A DNA stretch of 63,700 nucleotides, filler included, from Reclinomonas americana ATCC 50394 (Eukaryota), in NCBI GenBank assembly GCA_048213135.1. It is 6 parts of 3 records of this genome, joined end to end, with 100 filler letters (N's around TTAATTAATTAA, not from the genome) between each part and the next. Parts side by side here need not be neighbours in the genome. Positions count along the whole stretch, not along the records: positions 17,513 to 38,165 come from PS015336.1; positions 38,266 to 51,311 come from PS015337.1; 4 more parts are not named here. One strand, 5' to 3'. Below the pieces are notes generated by a model. It ran no database searches. It saw only the letters and a list, made by a program, of their open reading frames with translations, and was not told where the DNA came from. Position 1 is the first letter of the stretch. Each line of letters starts with the position of its first letter. Of this stretch, positions 31,456 through 43,900 are shown piece by piece. The translations under genes and the position numbers were made by a program.

Positions 31456-34339
31456 GGGGAATTGGTCACCAAATATGGTCAAGTGTCTTGTGTAAGGTCA
31501 CTTTCGGCCTTAGTAGTCAGTCAGTGGAGTGGAGTGAGTGCGATGAGGAGTGTGTGATGGGGGAACGAGAGTGGCCGTGAGTGAGAGAGAGTGTGTGTGT
31601 GTCGCATGGTGACCAAACGTGGAGGCATCCAATAGAGCTGAAGTGCGACTCTAGTCAACAGAGACTGCGAATGTGAGAAGCGTCTGATTATTGCAAACAC
31701 TCGTGTTCTGTGTCACAGTCGACGCATGATTGTGTCTCATCGTGTCGAGTTGAACTTGCACTCCCCTCTCATCTGTATTTGTTTCTGAGTGTGTGGAGGG
31801 TTTTTTCACACTCCACTCGCGCGTCTTTTTTTTTCTTTGTTGTTTGTTTGTTTGTGAGTGAGTGTGAGGGAGAGCGTGTGTGTGAGAGTTGACTTGAACC
31901 TGCAATGTGTCACTTTGGTTTCCCTGCGCAATACGGCATCACTTGTTGCTCTCTGCATCTCGTTCCCTTTTTTCTTCTTTCTTCTCTCTGCATTGTGCGT
32001 GCACAGATGCACACTCGAAAGCCATCAGCCAATTCTTCAACTTTGTGTTTTTTGTGTTTGTTTCTCTGTTTTCCTCTGAGTGTCACTGAACGTGTGTGCC
32101 GTTCCACGTCTGCTTGCTCCCTCCCACTCTCTCACACTCGCCGCGCGTGCCCTCCCATTGCTCTCGATTCCGTATTTGATTCCCCCCCACTCGCGCAACT
32201 CCATCAGGCTTGTTGCGCATGCCTTTTTTCTCATTTCATTCTCTTTTCCTCTCGCCACCTCTCTCTCTCTCTCTCTCACTCTCCTGTGCATTGCCAGCGT
32301 GTGCTGTTTGAGTGTTCGTTTGCATGTACATCATGCGTGGCACTTGAAAACCCACTGTCGGGGTGCGCATTCCTCTCTGTCTCTCTCACTCTCTCTGTCC
32401 TCCTGTCGTCACTACGCGTGTGCCATGACACTCGCCCCTTGCTCTTCATGCCACATTCCTCTCCTGTTTCTCGTCGCGTGTGTACACTTGCCATACGGAC
32501 TCGAGTTTCCTTATTATTTTTCTCTCTCTCTCATTCACACACACACACTCACTCGTTGTCAGTGAGTGGTTCCACGATGCGCTGTGTGTGACTATGTGTC
32601 TTTGTGTGCCTTGTTTCCTTGCGCGACTGATTTCCGATTTTGCTGTCCACCACTTGCATGCCTTGTCGATGAACTGCATGCTGTTCTTGTGTCACTATGT
32701 GTGTGTGTGTGAGAGAGAGAGGAGATGGAAGAGAAGGAGAGCAGCAGCGCGTGGCAAACGCGAGTGAGAGTGTGTGTGTCTTTTGTTTTCGTGTGTTGCT
32801 ATCGGGCATGTCCACCAGTCGCGCTCGATATTCTTTGTCTGTGTGTGGTGGGCGGCAATGTCGCTCAGCGCGAGCGCGCTCACTGGTGGCGAGTGGGGCG
32901 ACTCCGACTGTTGCCGCTCATGTGGTGCATAGTGAGTGCTTGCAAGTTGTCACTTCTGCCTCGTGCTTGATCGCTGCATTCTGTCGCACTGGACCGAGCA
33001 TTTCCCGTGTTGTGTGTGTTTTTCTGTCTGTCTGAGTGTGTCGAGAGTGCACCACGCGAGCAGAAGACAGGCGCACACAGTGAGCGATGGAGAAGGTGCA
33101 GGAAAAATGTGAGTGAGACATGTCGCTGTGGCGCAGCAGCAGCAACGACAGACTTGCTTTGTGTGCTGCGCTCCAGACATCATGCACCACGCCAGAGGCA
33201 ACACTCATGCGATTAAGCGGCTCAATGAGAGAGAGTGTGTGTGTGTGAGGAGAAGTGAGAGCGAGAGTTGTGTATGGACCGTTTCTGTTGCTGTATCGCT
33301 GGACAGCAAGAGGTGTCATGCATTTTGTGTGGGGCGATGGGGGCGTTTTCTGATGATGTTGACGGTGTCTCCAACCGGTGTGATCTTGTGTAAGGTGCGC
33401 GTTCGCTGACAATGTCTGCCTCCCCCCTCCCTCCTTCCCTCCCCCCAATTTACAGGCCTCGACACGGCGGCGCCTCCTCCTCCAGCGTGTTGTCGCCCTC
33501 GGAATACTTCTAATGAGCCACACGGCACACGCACACACGCTCTCTCCCGATTCGAAGTTTGCGCGTGCGCGAGTGTGTGTGTGTGTGTCTTTTCGAGGGA
33601 CAGCTTGTATGGTTTCTCTTGGTGGTTTGGCTGGCTTCCTTTTTGACGTGCGATTGGCTGAGCGGAGGAGGAACAAAAGTGAAGTGCAGTCGCGGTATTC
33701 ATCATGGCAGCGCGACGCGCGAGGCGAGCCGTCGGCGATGCTCTCCTGTTATGGGGCGTCGGTTCGGTTTGTATTGCGGCCAATAGAATAGTTGATGCTC
33801 TCCCACCTCGGACGCGACTGGGGTTTTTACGCAACTCCTGCACCCGGCAACTACCACCCCATATGGTGCACGGTGGCCGGGCAGTGACGTAAGCAGCCGG
33901 GCCGTGTGCACCGCTTCCGATGCTCTCAATATTGGCCGAGTGGTTATGCCCAACAGACGTTGGGCCTTACGTATCTCCGACGCGCACCGAAATGCATCTT
34001 TTCGCGTCCACCGCCCTCCCATGCACTCCACACGTCTCCACTTGTGCCTGCACGGCAACGCAGTGGAGGACAATACCCGTTTTCAATTGCCCCGCTTTCT
34101 CTCTCCCCATTTGGAGCAATCGGTGTCTTTTCACTTTCGTCACGGGTGTCGCGCACACACCACAACACACACTCCGCACACACACCTTTGCGTGTGACTG
34201 CTGCTCTGCACCGCCAGCGCGTGTGCGTGTGCGTGCGTGTGTGCGAGCGCGCGTGTGCGGGAAGTGCATCAGTGCGCGCGTGCGTGCGTGTGAGTGAGCG
34301 AGAGAGGGGTGACGTCTCTCGCTCCGTGTGTCTCGCATC

Positions 34340-37300
34340 ATGAGCAGACAGCATTCAACCACACCTTGGGCGTCTCCTCCACGATCATCCCCCTCCGCTG
34401 CCTCGTCATTATCGTCGCTCGATGCATTGTTGGCCGCGGCCACCACAGAGTCGACCAGAACAACACCACCTCCCGTGCCCTCACCTCGTGCAGGTGAGAC
34501 ACCACCGTGTGTATGTGTGTGTGCGTGTCAGTGGTGTGTATGTGTGACGTGTGCGTGCGATCAGACTGTGTGTGTGTGTGAGAAAGTGACATTGAGCATG
34601 CATGATGATGTGATTCGCTGTGGTGTTTCGACGTGGTGCATGCTTGCTTACACTAAAAAAAACATCGACTCGCCAAGGTCCGTCCTCGATACCGATGATG
34701 AATGCAGCTGCAGGGCCGCTGCCCTCGTCTGCAGTTGTCTTGCAGCAGCTCATGCAGCAGCAGCAGCAGCAACAGCAGCGATCAGAGTTGTTGTTGTCGT
34801 CGTCGTCGTCGCCGCTGGTTGTACATGGTGGCGGTCCAGCACCGCCTCCGGCACCGTTCATGTCCGTGCCCTCCCCAACATTCCGGGCCACCTCGGCAGC
34901 CACACTGGGACCCTCGCCGGCGTTGATGATGCAAGCAGCGTCGCAGAGGTGCGTGGGTGGTGGTGGTGGTGGGGCGGCGATGTCATGTCCGTCCCCTCCG
35001 TCTTCGTCTCACGCCCCCCCGCGCGCGCGCAGATCGCCTGCGGCTCCCCTGCCCAGCATGTCACACGTTGGCCTCGCGTCTTTACAGATGGCGGCAGGCG
35101 AGGTCTCACGAAGGCGACCACGGTGAGTTTGAGGCGCTGGCGTGGAACGCGAGGAGGGGGGGGGGAAGGGGGGAGCGTGGGTATGGGAGATCTCGATGCT
35201 ATGGCCGCGGTCCATGCGCCTCCGGGCATGCCCGCGCGGCCGTTGCTTGTGGTAGAGCGCCTCCTCTTCGTGTCAGTTGTGAGTGGGTGGGGCGCAGAGG
35301 GCGGTGGCGTGTGGCGTTGGGCGCAGCGCATGTCAACCACTCGCTTCGAACATACCCATCATTTGTACACCTGTGCTACTCAATGTTGCCGGTTTGCCTT
35401 TTTTCCTGCCTTCACCTGCACGGGGTGGCACTGGTGTTGTCGGTGTTGTGTCGACGGCGCAATTGCACGCACCGTGCTGCGTTGGGCGTGTTTGGCGGGT
35501 GTCAGTTGCAGTTCGACACCCTCATTCTTTCCGTAACAGAAGTTCGATTTTGAGTTGACCAATTTCTGTTTCTGCCACATATGGCCACTGGGGCTTGTCT
35601 CTCATGCGCTTTTTGAACTCACTCCGTGCGACGTGTGGTGGCAGAGAGGAGCTCGGTAGCGTGGTGGACGGTTCCGCCATGTACTACGCCGGTGGCGGCG
35701 ACTTGCAGCCACCGCTGAAGCGCGAGAGGAGGGAGGAGATGTCGCTCCCCGCCGCGGCAATGTTGCCACGCTCGCACCATCTGATGCACACCGTGGACAG
35801 TGGCACGCTGCAAGAATCATACAATGGGGGCGGCGGCGGCTTTGGTGCTCCCTCTGGTGCGGCGGCGGCGGCAGCAGCAGCGGCGGTGATTCAGCAGCAA
35901 TTGCAGCAACTACAACAGCAGCAGTTGCACCAGCAGCATCACCTTCACCGACAACAACTGCAGCAGCAACAACAACTGCTGCTGCAGCAACAGCAACAGC
36001 AGCAGCAGTTGCTGCCATCACTCTCCGACTTGCCACTCTACAACATGCCGCGAGGTGCACACTACTCCACCGGAATGGGCATGGGCGGCGGCGGCGGTGG
36101 CGGTGGTGGTGTTGTGTTGGGTGGCGGCATGGCGCTCAGTGGCAGCGCACTGACGCCATCGGCCTCCATGTTTGGTGGCATGCCTGCGGGTCCCACCGCG
36201 GCGCACTTTGGTGGCTTGGACGTGAGGCTTGTCGGCGGTGGCGCCGTGTCCGCCGCCGCCACCACGACATCGACAACACCGACCACACCCACCGCGTCAA
36301 CGCCGACAAACTCCGCATTTTTGGCAGGCTCCATGCAGAACACTGCTCCTCGCACTCCACTCGGCAACACCACATCGACGATGCCTCTGCTGCCACCACT
36401 CCCGCAGTTGCCGGGCGCAGTGGGGAGTTCGATTGGTGCCATGTCCGCCATCGGCGGCGGCGGTGGTGCACTCGGCATGTCGCACGACGAAAAGCGGCTG
36501 TCGCTAGCCGGTGGCGGCGCAGTGACAGCAGCTGCTCCTGGCGGCGGCATCGGCATCGGTGACGGCGGTAAGAAGCGCGGCACTGGCGGCAAGAGGAGCG
36601 CCGGCAACGGTTCTCGCGATCGATTGGGTCGCAAGCTGCTGCCGCGCAGCCGGCCCACCACCGCGCCGCGGCCGATGAGCGCCGACGATCTTGACGAGCT
36701 GCGCGGCGCTCTGACCATCAGTCGTTGGTTCCTGCAGCGCATGACGTGCGGTGGACAGGCACGCATTTTGTGGCGAGTGGTGCACGAAGTGGTGGAACCA
36801 CTTGTGCCTCATTTGGTAGTCCAGCGTCGTGGATCATTGTGGCGCTTCTGGAGGAAACTGGTCAAGCAACTCAGTTGCGTCTTGTCGTGACCACCTATGT
36901 GTATGAGTGCGTGCGTGCGTGTCGATCGGAGACAGGCTGTGATGTGCGGTGACACCCGCCATCCGATCCGACAGAATTTATGCGCGCGCGAAAAGAACGA
37001 TTCCTGTATATTCACTCTTCTTTCTTTGTGCGTGTGTGTGTGTGTGCGTGTGTGTGTGTGTGTGTGTTCTCTCGTCTGCAGGCTATTGCTGGAGTCCACC
37101 GGTGGCCGCGCAGCAGCTGTACCAGTCGCACTCGAGAACGCCGCAGATTGAGTGGACTGTGTGTCAGGAGGCGCTCAATGTGATTGAGCATCTGTGGTTT
37201 ACGCACAACCTGGTGCCAACCGTGTGCCAGTCGAATGAGCACAACAAGGCGTTTTGGGCGGAGTGTCGGCGGACGGCGGAGCAGTTTTTGGGGCGGCCGC

Positions 37301-37806
37301 TGATCGATGCGGAGTGGCTGTACTTTTATCGCGTGCTGCAAGTGGGCCAGGAGAAGACGGCACCACGCGGCGAGAAGGATGTCGATCGGCAGCGCGTGAC
37401 CATTCGCCCGGGATTCGAGGACGAATGTGCGCAGTTTTTCGCGCCTGGTGAACTGGCCAAGGCACTGCGCAGTGGCGGTGGTGGAGGCGGTGGAGGTGGA
37501 GGTGGAAGTGGAGGAGGCGGAGGAGGCAGTGCCAGCGGTACTGGTAGTGGTGGTGGTGGTGGTGGCGGAGGCGGTGGCCTGTTGCTGTCGTTGGATAGTG
37601 CCATCTCTGCTGCTGCTGCGGGCGCTGACACTGCAACTCCGGGCGGCGGTCGAATGTCGCCCGACTCGGCCTCGTCCATCAGTCTCTCCGAAGCCGCGAG
37701 TGGCAGGAGCTCTGCAACTTCGCCGCCGGCTCAGGCAGCAGGCGAGACTGCTGAATCGTCTGAGCCTGCGACAGCGGCTTCACCGAAGACGCCCATGTCG
37801 CAATAA
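34340..37806 (+). CDS. PolyQ/polyG low-complexity protein with a globular, basic/aromatic C-terminal domain (possible transcription regulator)
   Basis: Exon-like ORFs at 34340-34493, ~34680-35120, ~35650-36873 and 37082-37806. Basic segment KKRGTGGKR..GRKLLPR, then a Trp/Phe-rich helical domain. Start uncertain; no family recognised. Confidence 0.6.
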
Positions 37807-37946
37807 GTATCTTTATGTTTAACGTAATCCGAAGGAGAAGCCGAGGAAGAAAGAATAGAACGACGTAGAGAGAGAGAGAGAGTGAGGTCGTTCACGAGCA
37901 ATGAATGTTGTCTACTGTCGGCGTTGCACACTGACACACACATTTT

Positions 37947-38165
37947 TTATTTGGCATCCGCCGGTGGCAACTTGCCGGCTCGGCGCAGCTCCTCAAGTTT
38001 CCGTGCCCGGACGGCAGCGGCGCGGCGATTGTATTCCTCCATGCCCTGTGCGATCGGTGAGTGCGGGTCGACGGAGAGGGGAAGCACGGTCGCCAAACGT
38101 ACCGCTGCCTGCTCCCGCCTCATTTCGTCGACCAGTGCCTCCCGTCGGACTTGCATCTGCTCCGT
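37947..38165 (-). CDS. 3' end of an unknown protein (truncated by scaffold end)
   Basis: Coding-like ORF ..VRREALVDEMRREQ..RRAGKLPPADAK* convergent with the polyQ gene. Confidence 0.45.
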   Translation of the reverse strand, partial: TEQMQVRREALVDEMRREQAAVRLATVLPLSVDPHSPIAQGMEEYNRRAAAVRARKLEELRRAGKLPPADAK

Positions 38166-38265
38166 NNNNNNNNNNNNNNNNNNNNNNNNNNNNNNNNNNN
38201 NNNNNNNNNTTAATTAATTAANNNNNNNNNNNNNNNNNNNNNNNNNNNNNNNNNNNNNNNNNNNN

Positions 38266-39371
38266 CCAGGCGGCGTGGACAACGAAACCAGAATTGCGAA
38301 TCACAAACCCGAGGTGTACGGATAGCAGGACTCGGTCGGCACGCCATTGTCGGCCATGAACTTCCACGCGTTGGCCAGGTAGCCGCCACCGCAGCCTGAT
38401 TAAGATGTTAACACGCAGTTCAAGTGCACGGCCCAGGTCAGCAGCGCACAAACCGAAATCTGTGGTGTCACACGAGACGAGCTCCTGCGGTGACAGCGTC
38501 ACATTCACCGCGCCCTGGTTCGACGAAACAGTCAATTAGGGGTGGGAAGAAGCAGCACGGTGTCGCACTGTGACAGAATGCACCTGACTCTCGATGCAAA
38601 TGCGATCGGCGAACGCCTCACTGCAGTCGATCAGGGTGAGAAACACTTCCGCGAGACAGCACAGGGAAGTGATCGACACGCAACGTGGCAGCAAAGGCCC
38701 TGATTACAGAGAACAAAGAAAAGGCAATGGTGAGTGTTTGGATCGCGAGGCTTCGTTCTCGGGAATACGTACCAACAGCTACCGCACTGCCCAACGTGAA
38801 ATCAAGTCAGATACATGAGCGCAAGAGGAGAAAAAGACGGCACGACATACCTGCATTTGATCGCGGATGGCACCCACACAGCCCTTCCATTGTTTGCGTG
38901 AGTCGAACCTGATGGCCAAGCGTCAGCGACAGACTGTGCCCTCACACAACTTCGCAAACGGGAACGCAACTCATCCGGAATGTCTCTCGCGTGCAACACC
39001 ACCGATGTGATGCTCTCGGCCATCGTCGCTCGATCGAGCCGCATACCCAGTCGCCGTTTCGCTGCAACGCACCTCGACGGTGAGTTCATATCTCGGCAAC
39101 AAGGCAAAGACAAGGCGCACCATCGGCAAGTGTGGCACGATGAAAGCTGAATGGACACGAGAAGTGAGTATCAAGCAGGGGGGCAGAGGCGGGCGGAGAA
39201 GAGACGCAACACTGTATTGTGCCCGGCCCGCCATCCGGCACCAGACCGGTTGATAATCGCGTGCAACTCATCGCTCAGCACCATGTCCGTGTCCTCCATG
39301 CCGCGCGCCGCCGGCGCCAGCAGGCACAGCAGCAGCACCACGGTCGGCAGCAATTGTACAAGGAATCGCAT
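38266..39371 (-). CDS. CTSB: Cathepsin B-like papain-family cysteine protease, 3' truncated
   Basis: Signal peptide; pro-region IINRSGAGWRAGHN; IPDEFDSRKQW..IRDQMQCGSCWAFAA; FADRICI; LSPQELVSCD; GCGGGYLANAWKF; CYPY. Confidence 0.9.
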
Positions 39372-39941
39372 TGTTTCTTCTTCTCCACGGCAACAGAAAA
39401 GCAAAAGGTGAGATGCTCTTGGCTCTCACAACAGGGGAAAAGGCAACGTGTGCCACACGCATGGAGAAAGAGCGATGCACGTGGCGCGTATGCGACAAGC
39501 GAGTGACACGACGCTGCCATAAGATGGCGGAGGATTTTCCTCACCAGGGACAACACGCGTAACGAGGAAGAATCTTCTCTTCTCTCCCTCACTCCTCACT
39601 CTCCACACAAGCATCGCCATCGCCAGTGCCGACGCCCCCTCGTTTCTACCCAACGACGAGCATACTCATCGCCAGCGATCCCCTCTCTTGCTCTCTCCTC
39701 CCCAGAAAACGCAACAAGAAGAATGAGAACGCAGCGACGCGATCGCCTCGACGCCAGCACATCGATAGAGAGAGAGAGAGGAGCACAACAAGAAGAAAGG
39801 ACACGACAACACACCCGCAATTCTCCCTCTCGCTCTGCTCACCCTCGGCTCACCAACGGGCAACACAAACAAGAACCTACAAAAATACAAAACCACGACA
39901 AGAGCACCCGCCAATGGACCGACAGACAGCGCAGCGCAGCT

Positions 39942-40675
39942 TCACTGCTCCGACTGCCTCGCCTGCATGCGAGCCTGCTTGAACTTGGACACCCGGGCCG
40001 GAGCAGGCGCAGCAGCAGCAGTCTCCGATCTCGGTGCCGCAACTTCCCGTTCCACCACCTCGCCCAGCTGCACCGTCTGCCGTGATCGCGACGATGCTGC
40101 AGCAGGCGCAGGTAGGGGCTCTCTAATCTCCACTTCTTCTTCTTCCTCCTGCTGCTGGCGACGCTGTGGTGGCTGTGATGCTGGTCTCTTCTCAACCTCC
40201 TCCTCCTCGTCGTCGTCCTTTCGACGGATCCCCGTTCGCGCAGCTTGCCTAAACGTTGCATACTCGCTCTCCAGCATCGTCTCTATGCGTTCCATATCAC
40301 CGCGAATCGCTATCAACCCGAGAACACGAGTGAGCACAGACAGACACACTGTGAAGTGAGCAGGCAATGAGAAGAACCATTCATCTTCCTCTGCACAAAC
40401 TCGACAGCTTGCGCGGCTGTTCGCTCGGCCATCATGCCCTCGCCCAAGTCACACCACACCTCATTCGTGTGCACCAGCTCGCCACGCATGAACGCCACAC
40501 TGCCCAGAGGCACCATGCAAGGGTGACGCACGCGCGTGCGAGGCAGCTCGGTGAGCAGGTGCACTACGCGCTCGTGTGCGGAGAGCTGGTCGCTGAGAGT
40601 GGAGAGGTAGCCGCGGCCTTCGACAATGGTCTGTGCGAGACGTGCACCGAGGGCGTCGGCTTCGTCGGCCTCCAT
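39942..40675 (-). CDS. URI1: Unconventional prefoldin RPB5 interactor (URI1/Bud27)
   Basis: Prefoldin-alpha hairpin MVPLGSVAFMRGELVHTNEVWCDLGEG, acidic middle, C-terminal RVSKFKQAR signature. One intron. Confidence 0.85.
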
Positions 40676-40766
40676 GGTGTGAAGTGAGTGTGACCTGCAG
40701 GACGAAGGGCAATCACGCACTCTACTCACAGACGGAGACGAGAGAGAGAGAGAGAGAGAGAGAGTC

Positions 40767-40965
40767 GAGTGCTTCCTGTGTACCTCTAAGCGAGTGACCG
40801 TGTGAAGAAGAGTGAGAGACAGAGCAAAGCACACTCCGATCTCTCGCTGTCGTCAACTTTCACTGAGTGAGGCGTTGTTTGTTGAACCCAGCGAGGAGCA
40901 AGAGCAAGTGGCGCAGCGTCCTCTCTACTGCCATCATCTGCGGACATGGCGAGTGGAAGCGGAAG
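40767..40965 (+). repeat. ~200-bp direct repeat copy 1 (NLR promoter, 5'UTR and first codons)
   Basis: Aligns with 45307-45499; terminal 35 bp identical (ccatcatctgcggacatggcgagtggaagcggaag). Confidence 0.92.
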
Positions 40966-43900
40966 GAGCTCAGCGCATGAGTTGCGTCTTGACCCAAGTC
41001 AACTTGTTTCCTTCTGCTCCTCTCTCTCACACACACACATACATGCTCGCCCTCCTTACTCTCCTCTTTCGCAGTGTCTCGGCAGCGATCGATTTCGTGA
41101 GAGCCATTCTGCGTCCCTGCACTCGCGCGTTGCAGTGCAAAGTTCATCAGCTGTTGCCGGCGTTTGCTGAATTATACATGCGTGAGAACGTGGATCACCT
41201 CGGAGAATGGCTGAAGTCGCCGGCGGAACGAGATTCGCGGTAAGTGTGGCTCTCTCTCTCTCTCTCTCTCTCTCCCTCAACCTCTGACTTCCATCTCTCT
41301 TCTTCTTTCGCAGCACCATGCCAGACGGAGAGGGCGCATGCATGCAGCTGTCGGAGGCCGAGCATGATACCGTATGCCGTTGGCGATGCGGAGTGGATGA
41401 CTGCCGATCATTCAGCGCCTCTCTATGCTTCTCCATTCTCCTTAACGCTGGCCACCGAGATCACCCTCGCGTGCCGCCAGACTGGCTGCTGCCTCTTGAC
41501 AGTGATGTGGTGCGCTCCTCCACCTCTCCATGCTTATTCATCACCTGGCTGACTGCGCATCGTGCTCGCAGAGGGCGGCCGTTGCGCGACTTCGAGAAGT
41601 GTTCGACTTGTTGCCGCGAGCGACGCACGAAGCTGGCCCGCAGCTTCCGTCTCTGCTTGGACGAGGTGTGCGAGAGGGCGAGTTGCACGATTTGATCCGC
41701 CAACTGCAGGTGGGTCGGGACGAGACCGAGGAGCTTCTACAGCGGCTCAATGAGGCACGAGATGGTGAGTTTATGCGTTTTGGTGCTTTCTCTATCTATC
41801 TCTATCTCTCTCCCAGCTTGCTCCTTGTGCCGAGTGTAACAATCCTGTTCACCGCGGTGCAGGTGCTTCTGGTCCCTCGAGACGCATGCCTCTGTCATCA
41901 TCATCGGCTGCAGTGCTCGATATCGTACCGGAGCGCACGCAGCCTGTTCCTGCTTTGGTTGCGCGCACAATCAATCCCGTCGAGACATTCCGCTTTCCAA
42001 GCCGTTGTGCTCAAGCAGAGCAACTGGCATCACGCATTGTGACGGCTCTTGATGGTGAGACCACCTGTGTCTCTATCACGTCTGACATGAGGGACACCTT
42101 GACTCATTGTTTCCACACAGGTAACAAACGCACGGTTGTGGTGTTGACGGGGGCGGGTGGCAGTGGCAAGTCTTTTCTATCGGAGCTAATTGTGACGGAG
42201 ATGCTGGCGACGCAATTATGGGACGGTTCGGCGGTGTCGGTGGAGATGCGCGGTCATATTGGTGATCCGAATGAGCATACACAGGTGCGACATGTGTTTG
42301 TTCATCTGCTTGTGTGTGCCGCTTCTGATATCGTTCATTGTTCACTGGCGACTGCAATCAGCCTGTCCGCGCTCTGGAAGTGTGTCTGCGTGCGTTTGCT
42401 GCCGAGCAGATGCAAGTGGATGCCGGCGAGGGTGGGCGGATGGCGAGTCAAGTGGATGCACTGGTGGCTAGTGGTGTAGTCGCCCCGATGCATCGTCGAG
42501 TGCGGCAGCTGATGGAGGCATCGCGTGGTGTACTGGTGCTGGACAATGTGGGATCTCTGGAGCAAGTGCGCAGTGTGATTCGTGTTGTCGGTGGAGCTGA
42601 TCGAAGTTAGATGTGCGCCGTTCTCGTGTTCTATTTCTGCTCTCGATGCTGATCAAGTGAATGCAGGTTCGCGGGATGGACTAGTGGCGCCAGTGGTGAT
42701 TGTCACCAGCCGACACGGTCAGCTGGCGAGGCAACTGCGGGACTCACTGCGGTACATGGCGTCGGTGGTGTGCGTGCGACTCACGGATGTTGAGAATGAC
42801 GACATTGTGGAGCTGGTGGAGGATCAACTTGGCGAGTGCGTGTCCACCGATGTGCGGCAGCAGATCGTACGAGCGGTTGCGAGTGGTCAGTGCAGTGCAC
42901 TGCAAGTGAGTGCGTGTCTTGGGTGAGTGACGAGTCGAGTGTGTGATGCTGAGGAGATTTGTTTTGTTCATCATCCTTGCATTTCTTTTGTGTCGCACAG
43001 ATGGCTGCTCACGCGATCGCCCGTTGAGCTGGTTGGTGTGGAACTGGAAGAAGTACTACGTACGATTGGCAGTGACGCGCTATCGGATCTCCTGGCGCGC
43101 AATGTGCTATCGCAGTCGAGTGCCGCGCGACGGATGCTGGTGTTGATGACGGCGTGCAAGGAACTCGGATTGACTGTGACGCCTGCTCTGTTGCGAGTGT
43201 GTGGATGTATCTTTTCGAGTGTGCCCGACATTGCGGTTGGCGAAGCAGAATCGGCGGGAGAGGCTGCTGAGGTGCGGAGGGCGAGAGAGTTGTTGGAGGA
43301 TGAGGAAATGTCGAGTCGGTTGTTGGAATTGGGAGATTGTGTGCGACGAGTGCGCATACACGAGAGGGCGCAGGAGCGGCGACAGATGGCACCGGACGTG
43401 GTAAGCGATGAGCAGCAGTTTGAGGAGATGGATGCAGTGGAGGAAAGGGACGTGCGTGCGCGAGTGCATCGTCTCCTTCGCGGTGACAGTGGCGGCGACG
43501 TGGTGGACACGGCTGATGTGATGATGGTGTTGTGCAACGCCAACTTGGTGACGGTGAGTCAAACGACGAGCATGGATAGTGTGGCGCGAGTGCTTCTCTG
43601 TGAGCCTGATGAGAGTGAGCATGTGGAGTATCGAGTGCACGACGAGATCAGCGGATGGATTGCGCACACAGCTGTCAGCGGTGGGCTAGCGGTGGCGAGA
43701 GCACAGACTGCCATATGTCGCCTACTGTGTTGTGGACTTGTTGCGATCGACCCCGGGTTTGATTTGCAGAGCGTGCGGCTGGTATTGCGAGACGTACTTG
43801 GCGTGTTGGAGACACTGTGGCGTCGACTGGCGAGTAGTGATGCAATGTGGGATGGGGTTGGAGTGCGAACGCGCATACTGCAGTCCCTTGGTGCGGAGTG

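Noticed and set aside
31500..34300. Many short ORFs
   Set aside because: CT/GT-rich low-complexity sequence with no motifs or consistent exon chain; treated as intergenic/UTR.
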